From a virus (Duplodnaviria > Caudoviricetes), in IMG/VR virus record IMGVR_UViG_3300033067_001807, positions 1 through 64,000 of that record: a stretch of DNA of 64,000 nucleotides. The stretch is one strand, 5' to 3'. The position numbers and the translations under genes are program-made. Shown here piece after piece: positions 28,409 through 39,262 of this stretch (the stretch's first letter is position 1; each line of letters opens with the position of its first letter). The notes under the pieces are model-generated. The model made no database searches. It saw nothing but the letters and a program-made list of their open reading frames with translations, and was not told the origin of the DNA.

Positions 28409-30337
28409 TTATCTTATAATTTCAAGTTCAAATGCCTTGTTTATTTGGTCTACACAAATTAATTCAACGTAGGGTTTTTGACTTAATAAATTTGAAGTAT
28501 CTAATACTGCTTTTAAAATCCAACCGTTTTGTTTATCTGTATATATGTTAATCTTGTTTGTACCTAATGCAGGTAATACGTTTTTAAATGAAAATTTAAT
28601 TGTTTGTCCTTTTTTCCAAATATTAATACTGTCATCTAAGTATATATTCAAATCTCCAGTAAGTGCCACTGTATTTGTATTAATTCTTACAAGATTTTCA
28701 TAAGGTCTTACTCTTGTTAATAAACCAGAAGAAGCTGATAAAGACATGTTAAATAGATTTGCAGGATTAACTAAATTTCCGGTAGTCCCTGATATAAAGT
28801 CATATTCAAACACCTCATTAAGAGTATATCCATAATTACTACTAACAATCTTTATTTTATCAGGTGATGATCTGTCAATTGTAATACCATCTCCATTTGA
28901 TAATACGTCAGTATTATATTGTATTTCACTAGGTATTTGACCACTGATTACCTGGTTTAATCTGGTGTTAACAGACGTAATCATATCTAAAATAGATGTA
29001 GAATTAGCATAATTTAAAGCGGCATCCTCTAAGGATCTCTCAAGGTCCTGTACCCTTGCTATTAAATCAGTAGTTGAATTTGAAGTCATTAATAAATCTT
29101 CAACTGTTGCCAATCTATCAACAATACTAGCATATCTTGCATTTGCCTGAACCATTAATCTTGCTGCATTTTCAATTGCAGTAGTTGTGTCCAAGAAAAT
29201 GTCCATCGAAAATGTTGAATAATCATTTATATTTGATTCAACTCCAACGTTATCAAGAGATGAATTAAATTTAACATTTAATTTTAAAGCATATGCATTA
29301 CCATTTAGGCCAGTTACATCATTTGGCTTGTATTTAGTAAATTCCGGAATATACCATCCTGAAGTAGTAGGTTCATCTTTGAAATTATCTAAAATGATTA
29401 TACCATATAAGTTAGTTGATCTGTTTGCAACATTAGATTTTGAATATAAATCGTAGTAAACTAGAATTGCGTTGAATCTAAAATCTCCACCTCTCTTAGA
29501 ATATTCTAAGAAGTTGTTTAATTTAGGGTCATTAGCTATTTTAGCATACACTGATGGATTCCATTCAATTCCATAGTTATATGATGTTTGGTCTAAACTA
29601 ATAGTACCATTGGTATTATCAGATAATGAATCTAATGTGATATTAGAATCCGGATGTGTTTGTCCTGCTCTACCATTTATTTGAGTATCGGGTAAATATG
29701 AGGTTGCAGTTGTATTATAGTTTGAAGATTTAAATAAAATTTCAGGTGTAAATCCAACTGACGAAGGAACGTTAACGAAAATTTCGTTATAGGTATTTCC
29801 TTGATAGTTTTTATCATTAGAAACATCAATATTTCCAAGATATTTTACTACTCTACTATAATTATCTCCAGTATTGGTTGTGTCCTCTTTTTCAATTGCT
29901 CTAGAATATCCAGAAACTGTTTGTTGATTATTTGCAGTTTTAACCTCAAATGCACCTATGTGATGTAGCCATTTAAAGAAAATCTTTTCAGCGTCGGAAC
30001 TATATATTGTAGGATCGAAATCGTCATCGCTTAAAATGAAGTTTTCAAAATTTAATGCATAATTTTGTAAAGTTTCCGCAAAACTAACATTTGCGTCTGC
30101 ATTCGGAACATAAGATGCGGCGGGTGAACCTCCACCTTCAAATAAATTTTCGAATTGGATATAATTTTCACCATTAGAAGGGCTAGCAACTACCGGAATA
30201 TCTAAAAGAGCGAATTTTGAATATTCAAAATTAATATCTGGATTGTAATATGCTCTTGTTAAATCCCTTGCTGCACTAGAAAATGCATACATAGTTCCTC
30301 CCTGTTCCTGAGGTATTCTTATTAATGGTGTTGCCAT
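28409..30337 (-). CDS. Putative baseplate/structural protein
   Basis: 642 aa; coiled coil; FNAILVYYDLY; structural context. Confidence 0.55.
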   Translation of the reverse strand: MATPLIRIPQEQGGTMYAFSSAARDLTRAYYNPDINFEYSKFALLDIPVVASPSNGENYIQFENLFEGGGSPAASYVPNADANVSFAETLQNYALNFENFILSDDDFDPTIYSSDAEKIFFKWLHHIGAFEVKTANNQQTVSGYSRAIEKEDTTNTGDNYSRVVKYLGNIDVSNDKNYQGNTYNEIFVNVPSSVGFTPEILFKSSNYNTTATSYLPDTQINGRAGQTHPDSNITLDSLSDNTNGTISLDQTSYNYGIEWNPSVYAKIANDPKLNNFLEYSKRGGDFRFNAILVYYDLYSKSNVANRSTNLYGIIILDNFKDEPTTSGWYIPEFTKYKPNDVTGLNGNAYALKLNVKFNSSLDNVGVESNINDYSTFSMDIFLDTTTAIENAARLMVQANARYASIVDRLATVEDLLMTSNSTTDLIARVQDLERSLEDAALNYANSTSILDMITSVNTRLNQVISGQIPSEIQYNTDVLSNGDGITIDRSSPDKIKIVSSNYGYTLNEVFEYDFISGTTGNLVNPANLFNMSLSASSGLLTRVRPYENLVRINTNTVALTGDLNIYLDDSINIWKKGQTIKFSFKNVLPALGTNKINIYTDKQNGWILKAVLDTSNLLSQKPYVELICVDQINKAFELEIIR

Positions 30338-30359
30338 TTATGGTGTACTTTATATTTTA

Positions 30360-30929
30360 TTAATATGTAATATCAGCGTTCATTGCTGAAATTACATAAA
30401 ATTCTGAAGTTGTTCCAGAATATCTCAATGTAACAGATCCTCCTGCATTAATTATTACTCCAGTCGCTCCTGCAAAATTAGAAGTATCTAATGTAATAAT
30501 TCCTCCTTCTGCAATTAATACAATTTCTTGTCCATTTTCAGCAGCAGGTAATAAAATTGGTGCCGCAAATGCAGGTGTATTTGCATCTAAAATATATGTA
30601 GAAGCAGTATATCCATCTGTTGAAATAGAAGTAACTCCATCTTCAATATTAAGAATTAAAGCATTATTTAATTGTACTGCCTCATTAAATGCTGCTTCAA
30701 CATTTGCAACGATCGCAGTTTGAGATACTTGAAATGTATCAATAGTACCATTATTTGCTCTTAATGTACCACCTTTAATCTCACCTGTTAGAGATAAAGT
30801 TTGATTTGTTGTATTTAACAATGCTGCAATTGAACCAAGTTCATTATTCAATGCTGCGAAGTTATTGTTAATTACAATTCTTGAAGAAGAAACACTATCT
30901 GTTCCTAAGATTGTTGTTATACTTGCCAT
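30360..30929 (-). CDS. Short fibre/spike-like structural protein
   Basis: N-terminal ...RIVINNNFAALN resembles the N-termini of the two fibres; C-terminal ILLPAAENGQEIVL...GGSVTLRY fibre-tip pattern. Confidence 0.5.
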   Translation of the reverse strand: MASITTILGTDSVSSSRIVINNNFAALNNELGSIAALLNTTNQTLSLTGEIKGGTLRANNGTIDTFQVSQTAIVANVEAAFNEAVQLNNALILNIEDGVTSISTDGYTASTYILDANTPAFAAPILLPAAENGQEIVLIAEGGIITLDTSNFAGATGVIINAGGSVTLRYSGTTSEFYVISAMNADITY

Positions 30930-30930
30930 T

Positions 30931-33696
30931 TTAAATGATTTTTAATATATTTTTATTTATTTTGTTTTTATTTCCATTAACATCAGTTAACTCAAGTTCA
31001 ACTGTATAATCTCCCTTATGTTTAAATAGGTATGTTAACCATGTATTATTATAATATATATCATCTATATTCTGGCTATTATTTTTTAGCCTCCATTTTT
31101 GAGAAACTATACCAGGCATATTTGTAATATCATATGAAAATGTTACATGATTCAACATATTAACTTCCATATGTGTATCTACAATGCATAAATCATTGAA
31201 GTTTGGATTATAACTTACAAAATGTACTTCAGATCCAGGTACTATTATACCACCTGTTGGATTATTAAATCCAACTTCTGAATAGTCATGTGTTCTTGAA
31301 GGTTCTTCAGCAACTATTAACATATAATTGCAAATGTCTTCTGTTCCATTATTATCGGCATCGATTATGATTGGATTAAAATTAAACTTAGCAAACAACG
31401 GGTGTTCTACTGCATCTAGTGCTCTTAATTCTTCTGCAATTAAATTCCACGCAGTCAGGTCTGTATTGTTAATTGGATATGGACTCATAATTTCATATGA
31501 ATCTACCACTTCAACATTAGTTACAGGGTCAATTTGTTTTATAAATAATTTATGTCCATTCACATAACCTTCACTGTTTCTAAGATCTATTTTAAACGAT
31601 GAATTTATATCTGCACCAACTCTCATCATATTCCAGTTTACCTGAGGCCCATCATTCCATGTTTGAGTTCTAAGTTCTTTCCATTGATATGGTCCAGGAG
31701 TTTCATTATATCCGGTTGGTTGTGTACTATCTAAAAATCTTCTAACTGTTGAGAATTCAACCCCATCTTCACCATCATGCACATAATTTGCCCTGTCTAA
31801 TGTTAAATAATATGTTGCTATAATACTGTCGATTGTTGCAGTGTTTTCCCTAGACCAATCCCAATCACCTCCAGCATCATCATATTGATATGCATATTGA
31901 TTTAAATTTAATTTAGGAAGCATCCTTTGGAACAATCCATAAACTTCAACATTCTTATTTTTAACTTCAAAATAATCTTCTTCTCTCCAAGAACTTCTTA
32001 CATTATATAAATCATAAATTGCAAGTTCTACCGAATATGTTCCAGCATACGGCAAAACGACTGGAAACTGTTGGTACTCCGGATGAAATTCACCAAGGTT
32101 GTCAGTATATCCAACGCCACCTCTAAACGATTTTAAATATCCTTTAGGTCCGGAGATTGTCCATTCCATTTCATAAATACCTTGTTTCCACCAGTTATTC
32201 CATGTTAGCATGTGATTTCCTGTACTATCTGCATCCATAAATGTGAATTCAGCAGAATCCCATGAGTCTATAAATGATTCCGCATTTAATACAACTGGAC
32301 ATCCTATTGGAATTCCATCTAACGTATTAAAGGTTGACATGTCATTATTATAATAACCTTTGTAAAATTCTATAATTGATTGTGTAATTTCTTCTCTATC
32401 AGATTCACTTAATGCTTCAAAGTTTTGATTAATTCCTGTAAGTCTATAATCAACCTTTCTAAGATCTTCTATAAATAATTGTCTTTCACCTGGAATCCTA
32501 CTAAAAGATACCATTGAACCTGCGTTTTGTACTTTAATTGCATGTTGATTATTCCAAACGTTTTGATTAAATTGAGAAAAGTAATCTCCTTCCCCCGTAA
32601 TATCAACGATTTTTGCCTGTAATGGTAAGAATTCCTTTTGAAGTTTATTCTTAAGTCCATATAGTTTTATTAATACTTCATCTGGCGAGTAATCCAAAGA
32701 TTCCTGTACTGTTGGGATATCCCATTCGTCAACATTTCCTGTTGCATCATTTAGTCGATACACCAACGAGAATCTACTTGTCTTTTTTAAATTAGAACTT
32801 GGTAGTTCATTTCCATTATTTTTATCAGCTAAAAATCCAGTTACATCCTGATTAGGAACTGCAATTGCTTTTAACTTTCCGAAGTTTTCAGATTGTTCAT
32901 TGATGTTTAACCAATATTCCTTTAGCGTTATTTTATTATAGCCGAAAAAGTCAATTGCATTTAAAAGTGCTTTATACGTTCCAATAAACGGTTTGATTTG
33001 ACTTGCCTGTAAAAGTAATTCCTTTCTCTTTTGATTCATTAAAATCCAATCTGGTGAAAGTTCTTTAATATCAGAATCCTTAAGAATCACATAGTCTTCT
33101 GGCTTAAGAGTCATTCCCATATTGGATAATAAAACTGCTAATCTTTCATCTTCTTCCTCCGTCTCACCATATATTCTAATAGTTGCAATTAAAGTTTCAT
33201 TTCCTTCTTCGTCAATTTCACTAATATCTAGCAGTCGGGTATGGTAATTATCAACATGACTCATTAATGCAATGTTACATTTTAGTGGAGTCATTGCAAG
33301 ATTTGAATCTATAATTTTAAATCCATCTGAATTTATGCCATGTATTACATTTGAATTTAATAGGTCTAATATTACCTCATTCTTTTTTTGAATCTCAAGC
33401 CTCCCATCAACATTAACAGCGTCGTACATAAATATGTCTTCGCTTTGTTCATAATCACTAAAGAACTTAAACTTAAATTTGCTTACTCCTACATTTTCCG
33501 AAATTGGAGTTATAAATTTAGTATTTCCAAGTTTTCCTTGTACCTCTTCTAAAATATAAATAGTTAGCGTTTCATATAATCCTGTTGAAACCTTTGGCAA
33601 ATAGCAAATACCTTCCCATATTTCGTTATCTGAATTATATAGAAGGTTAAGGTCATTTGATTCACTATCAAAAAAACGTAGTTTATTATATGCCAT
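30931..33696 (-). CDS. Baseplate wedge protein (gp7-like candidate) with PKD/Ig-like repeats
   Basis: Follows the gp6-like gene; GTYKALLNAIDFFG; two G.Y.VEL...D Ig/PKD-like strands. Confidence 0.5.
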   Translation of the reverse strand: MAYNKLRFFDSESNDLNLLYNSDNEIWEGICYLPKVSTGLYETLTIYILEEVQGKLGNTKFITPISENVGVSKFKFKFFSDYEQSEDIFMYDAVNVDGRLEIQKKNEVILDLLNSNVIHGINSDGFKIIDSNLAMTPLKCNIALMSHVDNYHTRLLDISEIDEEGNETLIATIRIYGETEEEDERLAVLLSNMGMTLKPEDYVILKDSDIKELSPDWILMNQKRKELLLQASQIKPFIGTYKALLNAIDFFGYNKITLKEYWLNINEQSENFGKLKAIAVPNQDVTGFLADKNNGNELPSSNLKKTSRFSLVYRLNDATGNVDEWDIPTVQESLDYSPDEVLIKLYGLKNKLQKEFLPLQAKIVDITGEGDYFSQFNQNVWNNQHAIKVQNAGSMVSFSRIPGERQLFIEDLRKVDYRLTGINQNFEALSESDREEITQSIIEFYKGYYNNDMSTFNTLDGIPIGCPVVLNAESFIDSWDSAEFTFMDADSTGNHMLTWNNWWKQGIYEMEWTISGPKGYLKSFRGGVGYTDNLGEFHPEYQQFPVVLPYAGTYSVELAIYDLYNVRSSWREEDYFEVKNKNVEVYGLFQRMLPKLNLNQYAYQYDDAGGDWDWSRENTATIDSIIATYYLTLDRANYVHDGEDGVEFSTVRRFLDSTQPTGYNETPGPYQWKELRTQTWNDGPQVNWNMMRVGADINSSFKIDLRNSEGYVNGHKLFIKQIDPVTNVEVVDSYEIMSPYPINNTDLTAWNLIAEELRALDAVEHPLFAKFNFNPIIIDADNNGTEDICNYMLIVAEEPSRTHDYSEVGFNNPTGGIIVPGSEVHFVSYNPNFNDLCIVDTHMEVNMLNHVTFSYDITNMPGIVSQKWRLKNNSQNIDDIYYNNTWLTYLFKHKGDYTVELELTDVNGNKNKINKNILKII

Positions 33697-33698
33697 TA

Positions 33699-33968
33699 CT
33701 ATTTAACTTTTTTATCTCCTTTTTTAAGTGTAAAGGATTTATATGATTTTAAATATGACGCAGAATCTACCCAATCAGCAATAACATGCTGAATCATAAT
33801 GATAAAATCGTTCATTGTATCATTTCTTTGTATATATTCCGAAATAGAATTTGACAAAATATTAAGACGATAATTGTTTCCTACATGTTTTCTATTATCC
33901 ATTGCAGATAATTTAGTATCATATGATTTTAATTTTCGTACCTTAAATAAATTACTTAATATATCCAT
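33699..33968 (-). CDS. Hypothetical protein
   Basis: Translationally coupled between baseplate genes. Confidence 0.6.
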   Translation of the reverse strand: MDILSNLFKVRKLKSYDTKLSAMDNRKHVGNNYRLNILSNSISEYIQRNDTMNDFIIMIQHVIADWVDSASYLKSYKSFTLKKGDKKVK

Positions 33969-35788
33969 TAAATTGTTTTTCTATTTTGTGCCTGTATTCT
34001 ACTAAATACTGTGTTTGGTATTGCTGGCTCATCAAAATAAATCGATAATGCAGCCATTTCACCTATTCGAGCACCATCTTCCACGGTTGCTCCATCTCTA
34101 TCTTTCCATCCTCCTCTAAATAAAGCAACTTCTTCTTTTTCTAAAAGAATATCTCCAAAAGAATCTAAATTTATTACATTTTCTGGAAGAGCCGCACCTG
34201 GTTCAAAGTTTATTTGTTGTTCTGTTTCTGTTCTTTTAAAGAAAACATATTTTGATTTTCCATTACCAATGTCTTCGAGTACTGGCGTGCTTGGAGTTAC
34301 TGTAACGGTTTTTGAGATATAGTAACCATTTCTTCTGGCTGTCTCTTCTTTTTCAGAAACAAATCTAACATTTACAGAGTCTATACCTTCAATACCCTCT
34401 AAAAGAGCAATGATATCTGACTTTGGTAAACGATCTCTTCTTGTAATATTAATTAAGTAGTTTGAAATTTTTGAACGAATTTCATTATATAAATTATTTT
34501 TATCAAATCCTTCAAAATATCTTACTTTAACATCCATTCTAAAATATTGTACTTGTGGCTTAACGATTTTTACTTCGGTTGTAACCATTTGTTGTCCTGA
34601 CTTTTCAAGTACATTTAATATTGCATTAGTCTCGTCTTCTGAAAAAAAGAACTCTTCTTTATTAAGATTAAAATAGTCATTATTTTTTGAAAGCTTTCTG
34701 GCAGTATCTGGCAACATAAATATGTATATCACATTGTCATCGTCAATAAATCCATCCTCTGTCGTGTTATATGCATCTAAATATGAAAACATACCATACT
34801 TAGACAGAAACGCCTCATAGTTTTCTGGTTTTGCCAACACAAATGAATGACTCTGTAAAGGTGCAATTAATTTAGTTAATTCTATTGGCTCCGGATCTGA
34901 CCCCATTGATGGTGCAATAGTAAATGAAGATTCTAATAATTGGTTTAAATTGTAATTATTTCCTAAAGAATCGAATCCCTCTGTTGTAAATCTAAAATTA
35001 AGATCTTTAGAACCTGTTAAATTTCCTCTTGAACCTTCTGTAATTACGTACTCAACTCCAATAGATGCTCCTTCATTTGGAATCATACCAAAAGAACCAT
35101 TACCGAAATAAATGTCAAGTCCTCCAGTAATTCCGGTTTTTACCAAATAACCCTTTGTCCCGACCTTCATATCATATAATGAATCATACTTTGTCCAAGG
35201 TTCTCCATTAACACTTACCTTAACCGAATGATGATCTGTATTCCTTTTAACTATAACATTAAATGATTGTAATTTTTCACCAGTACCTGTCAACGTTTGC
35301 GATTCTATTTTTCCTTGAATAACAGGAATATAGATATATTCTGGATTGCTTTTTTCAATTCTAAATTGATCGTTATTTGTTTTTAACATATACTCCAACC
35401 CATTCTTAGTTGATGTAATTATTGTATTCGCTGGAATATTAATTGCATCTCCAGCAATATCATTAAATGCGCTTGTATTTAATCTAACCTTTATTTCACC
35501 TGTGGCAGAAGTTCCTCTGAATGGGTCATGGCCTGCAAGTCTCGCAAGTCCATATATAGATTCTTTATTTTGGGCAGTTAATATGTTTTGTTCTACCACA
35601 GCATCTTCAACATAGAAAAATACTAAATTAGTCAATTCAGTTAATACTTCTAGTATCTGTGAAAATGGTGATGCGGTTGTAAATAACTCACCAGTTCTAC
35701 CATATAATCTACTGATATATGTTCTAGTGTCGGTTAACATTTCGTTAGCCTTAATTCTAGCGGTCGATAAAAATTTTAATTCTGCCAT
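33968..35788 (-). CDS. gp6: Baseplate wedge protein, gp6/baseplate-J-like
   Basis: SIYGLARLAG; FGNGSFGMIP...IGVEYVITEGSRGN; next to gp25-like gene. Confidence 0.75.
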   Translation of the reverse strand: MAELKFLSTARIKANEMLTDTRTYISRLYGRTGELFTTASPFSQILEVLTELTNLVFFYVEDAVVEQNILTAQNKESIYGLARLAGHDPFRGTSATGEIKVRLNTSAFNDIAGDAINIPANTIITSTKNGLEYMLKTNNDQFRIEKSNPEYIYIPVIQGKIESQTLTGTGEKLQSFNVIVKRNTDHHSVKVSVNGEPWTKYDSLYDMKVGTKGYLVKTGITGGLDIYFGNGSFGMIPNEGASIGVEYVITEGSRGNLTGSKDLNFRFTTEGFDSLGNNYNLNQLLESSFTIAPSMGSDPEPIELTKLIAPLQSHSFVLAKPENYEAFLSKYGMFSYLDAYNTTEDGFIDDDNVIYIFMLPDTARKLSKNNDYFNLNKEEFFFSEDETNAILNVLEKSGQQMVTTEVKIVKPQVQYFRMDVKVRYFEGFDKNNLYNEIRSKISNYLINITRRDRLPKSDIIALLEGIEGIDSVNVRFVSEKEETARRNGYYISKTVTVTPSTPVLEDIGNGKSKYVFFKRTETEQQINFEPGAALPENVINLDSFGDILLEKEEVALFRGGWKDRDGATVEDGARIGEMAALSIYFDEPAIPNTVFSRIQAQNRKTI

Positions 35789-35800
35789 TTTATTTATATT

Positions 35801-36154
35801 TTATACGTATAATCCAATACCAAATCTATTATCGATTGTGATATCAATATACATTGCATTTCTTTCTGTTTCTGTCACGTAATCAACTTCAACATTAACG
35901 CGGTATTTAGTTGAAAGTGGAATATATTCGGAAATAGCGTTTGATACAACACCCTTTATCATGTCATTGTTATACATAAATGAATAAACATAATCTTCAA
36001 GATTTAAACCGAAGTCAGGGGCGCCCATAACAGATCCCTTTGCTGTAAAAAGAAGAGTTTCTATTTGAGTCAATATCAATTGAATATCCTCATCTACCTG
36101 CATTTGATCAGCTCTAAAATTAGGGTCTCCTATTGCCTTTATATATAGTTCCAT
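35801..36154 (-). CDS. gp25: gp25-like baseplate wedge / sheath initiator
   Basis: LLFTAKGSVMGAPDFGLNLEDYV signature. Confidence 0.8.
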   Translation of the reverse strand: MELYIKAIGDPNFRADQMQVDEDIQLILTQIETLLFTAKGSVMGAPDFGLNLEDYVYSFMYNNDMIKGVVSNAISEYIPLSTKYRVNVEVDYVTETERNAMYIDITIDNRFGIGLYV

Positions 36155-36170
36155 AGTATTATATATTTGT

Positions 36171-37001
36171 TTAAGAATGCATCATCCAGTCAGTGCCTTC
36201 ATCTGTTTTGATTTCTTCTATAACCTTTTCTAATTCCTCTTCACCAAGCCCCTTAATAGCGTCAGCATTTACTTCAATGTTTCCAGGAAGAGCAAATCCA
36301 AATATAGATAATTTTTGTCCTAATGAAATTTTAACCTTTGCTGCGCAATATCTAAAAAATGCTTCATCAGCAAATAATGCACATTCCGGAATAGTTTCAT
36401 ATATTTCTAAAATAATGTCTTTCTTTGGAGTCTCTCCGGTAAATCTCAATTCTTTTGTTAATTGATTGTAGTGATAACTAATTGGATTTTGAATAATTTG
36501 CCTTGCTAAATCATAGAAGCTTTCATTAATAACATATGCCTGTAGGTTTTCAGCCGCGGCTCCAGTATTCGAACCACCATACATTCCACCCATTAAAATA
36601 CGTTCCATTGAAAAATCTCCTTGTGTAAAGTTAATGTCCATTGAACCTCCCCATCTTGAACCTGTTTCGAAAACACCATATACAGAGTATACTTCATTTC
36701 CGCCAGTTGTTGGGTCCATTCCTGGTAGAGTAAAACTTCTCTTTCTTTTAAATTGTTCAGAAGAAAAAAGGTTAACTGGTAGAACCATGAAATTTTCTTT
36801 TACAGAATATTCATAATTTTTATAGAACCATTTCTTTGCGTTTTTAACAATGTTTTGAACCTCTTTTTTTGGAAGATTCATTGGAATCATACATGAACCA
36901 GTAACATCATCTGCCAATTCATTTACAAAATTATTAAAACAATCGTTTGACCATACCGGATCTTCTAAGTGGCTTTCATTACCTATAATAATATCACTCA
37001 T
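36171..37001 (-). CDS. Neck protein (gp13-like)
   Basis: YHYNQLTKELRF; RYCAAKVKISLGQKLSIFGFALPGNIEVNADAIKGLGEEELEK resembles the T4-like neck C-terminus. Confidence 0.65.
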   Translation of the reverse strand: MSDIIIGNESHLEDPVWSNDCFNNFVNELADDVTGSCMIPMNLPKKEVQNIVKNAKKWFYKNYEYSVKENFMVLPVNLFSSEQFKRKRSFTLPGMDPTTGGNEVYSVYGVFETGSRWGGSMDINFTQGDFSMERILMGGMYGGSNTGAAAENLQAYVINESFYDLARQIIQNPISYHYNQLTKELRFTGETPKKDIILEIYETIPECALFADEAFFRYCAAKVKISLGQKLSIFGFALPGNIEVNADAIKGLGEEELEKVIEEIKTDEGTDWMMHS

Positions 37002-37018
37002 TTTTATATTTTATATTT

Positions 37019-38311
37019 TTATATTAATTGATATTTAATAATTTCAACATCATTAAATTTTGCTAGCTTTTTGTCATAGCTTCCTTCTCTAAATATTCCA
37101 CCATACATTGTACCTTTGAAAACTCCTTTTCCATATACATAGCAATCACTAGTTGAACATGTTCCATGCACATACGATGAGTCTATTTTACTTGAAGTAA
37201 TTTGAGTACCTGAATAAAAATTACAGTAATGAATGTCGGAACCCTGTACATCACATCCATACATATCGCATGTTGTAAATTCTCCTCTTAAGAAACAACC
37301 GACGAATTCATAATCATGAAGATCCACACAATATTCAAGCCTTCCGTTTGAAACCTGTATTCTACCTGTATCAGAATCATAATTGATATGTCCTTTTGAA
37401 AGTTCACCGTGTGTAAATAGTCTCATTACTCTATCCCTAACACTTGGCCAATAGAGATCCACTACCTTTGGATTTTCCTTTAGGTCAACTGTAAATTTTA
37501 CGTTTTTCCAATTATCCGCAATGGTTTTCCAGTTTTTTCTGGCGTCAATTATTCTTTGATTTGCTGAGATAATTCTTTTAAGTTCAATTGCATTAAGTTC
37601 TGAAAATTCAGTGTTTTCAGTTGATTTCCATAATTGCATTAAAAAACTATCAACAAGATGCAGTATTTTTGTTGTCTTTTTTTCCCAATCTGCTCCACCC
37701 ACATATCTAAATTCTAAATAATTTTTGTGTCTTTTGTCAAAATTTATACCATAATATTTTGAGTCGGGAAAGATAAAGTTTTGTTGATTAATATATTTAC
37801 CATCAAAGAAATACGTGTCCTCTTTAGGTAGTACAAATTTTATTGATTTTGCGTATGCTGAATTTTCTCTCTTAGGAAACAATTTAAATACTTGCTCCTC
37901 ATTGAAATCTAGAATGAATTTAAGGGTATTCATCTTAGAGATTCTATATTTATTGTCAATCTTAGATTTATCAAATGAAAGATTCAGGTGAATCGAGGAA
38001 CGGTCATTTGTATATCCATTCTCTTCTATCCATTTACATACATTAATTATCATTAATCTTGCTGCAAAATACGGAAGAGCTCCAGTTACAAGCTCAAGTA
38101 GCTTTGCGCCACCTGACATATCTGGTTCTATTTTAAATTCATCTTGAGTTACTTCAAAATCACTGTGCGCTTTTGTCTCAACATGTATTTTTTTGCCTAA
38201 TAGTTTTGCAAGTTTATTAGCAGTTTCTGATGCACTGAAATTTGAATAAAATTCAAATTCAACACCTATTAAGGCGTTTTGTAAAATGCTTGCGTCATTA
38301 AGGTTATTCAT
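37019..38311 (-). CDS. Putative amidoligase (COOH-NH2 ligase fold) with C-terminal beta-helix-like repeats
   Basis: IGVEFEF, IEPDMSG..LELVT, SSIHLNLS, KYYGIN and LEFRY motifs; Cys/Ser/Gly-rich 5-residue periodicity at the C-terminus. Confidence 0.7.
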   Translation of the reverse strand: MNNLNDASILQNALIGVEFEFYSNFSASETANKLAKLLGKKIHVETKAHSDFEVTQDEFKIEPDMSGGAKLLELVTGALPYFAARLMIINVCKWIEENGYTNDRSSIHLNLSFDKSKIDNKYRISKMNTLKFILDFNEEQVFKLFPKRENSAYAKSIKFVLPKEDTYFFDGKYINQQNFIFPDSKYYGINFDKRHKNYLEFRYVGGADWEKKTTKILHLVDSFLMQLWKSTENTEFSELNAIELKRIISANQRIIDARKNWKTIADNWKNVKFTVDLKENPKVVDLYWPSVRDRVMRLFTHGELSKGHINYDSDTGRIQVSNGRLEYCVDLHDYEFVGCFLRGEFTTCDMYGCDVQGSDIHYCNFYSGTQITSSKIDSSYVHGTCSTSDCYVYGKGVFKGTMYGGIFREGSYDKKLAKFNDVEIIKYQLI

Positions 38312-38359
38312 TATTCTATAGATATATTACTTAGTTAAGTTATATATCTTAGTAAATAA

Positions 38360-39169
38360 TTATAGTAGGGAATCTAGTTTTGCTTGTAACTTTTTTAAGG
38401 TCTTTTGATAATCTACGATTGATTTTCTTTTCCATTCAATATTCATTTGTTTCCAAGAAGCAATTCTTTTAGCGATTCCATTATCACGCTCTGAATTATA
38501 GAATGACTCGTCATTGTTGTAGTTTTTAGCAGCATCTCTACTTACAATTTCTTTCCATGTTGGCCATTCATGCCAAGACTCTCTAGGATTATCTTTAATA
38601 GATTGAATGATTTCAGCATCAGTTAATTTAGAATTTGTTTCAGCATCTTCAGTTGCTCTTTTAATTCTAACTTCGTAGCTCTGAATTTCTTGGTTAAGTT
38701 TTTCAAGCTTAGACATTTTCTTAATCTTCTCAGAATATTCTTTTGAAATTTCACTGGCACCGGTTTTAGGGATATTTGTCTTAACAATATATCTATAGTG
38801 AAGTCTTTGGATGTTGTGACCACCTGCATAAATTGCTTCAGTTACAAAACTATATGTAGTTCCTTCTCTTTGGATTTGAGAAGATATTTCAATATTTCCT
38901 TTAGCACTTTTACTAACATTAAGAGAAAGTAACAAATCAGTGGGTTGTGTATATGCTTCAACTGCTTTAACCATATCAAAGATTAAATTTAATCTTGCCA
39001 TTTCTCTGTCATATTTAGTAAACTCCTGTTTAAATGTTTCAGTAAACCATTTTTCGGTAGCTGCTAACATTTCTACAATAGTAGGTTCCATCGAATCCAA
39101 AATAACATTTACAATATTATTTTGTTTGGATTCATTAACGAATTGATTATATGTTTTAAATTTACTCAT
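38360..39169 (-). CDS. Hypothetical protein with capsid-targeting-like N-terminus
   Basis: MSKFKTYNQFVNE|S; C-terminal coiled coil. Confidence 0.65.
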   Translation of the reverse strand: MSKFKTYNQFVNESKQNNIVNVILDSMEPTIVEMLAATEKWFTETFKQEFTKYDREMARLNLIFDMVKAVEAYTQPTDLLLSLNVSKSAKGNIEISSQIQREGTTYSFVTEAIYAGGHNIQRLHYRYIVKTNIPKTGASEISKEYSEKIKKMSKLEKLNQEIQSYEVRIKRATEDAETNSKLTDAEIIQSIKDNPRESWHEWPTWKEIVSRDAAKNYNNDESFYNSERDNGIAKRIASWKQMNIEWKRKSIVDYQKTLKKLQAKLDSLL

Positions 39170-39186
39170 AATATATTTATCTGTTT

Positions 39187-39260
39187 AATTATAGTGTAAA
39201 TATAAACAAAAAACCCGAGACTAAAAAATCTCGGGTAAATTATTTCAAAAAGTTATTAAC
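39187..39260 (-). promoter_or_regulatory. Conserved intergenic element, copy 1: GTTAATAAC / hairpin / T-run / TATATTTACACTATAATTA
   Basis: Hairpin ACCCGAGA..TCTCGGGT; flanks near-identical to 53477-53551 and 57389-57465. Confidence 0.8.
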
Positions 39261-39262
39261 GC

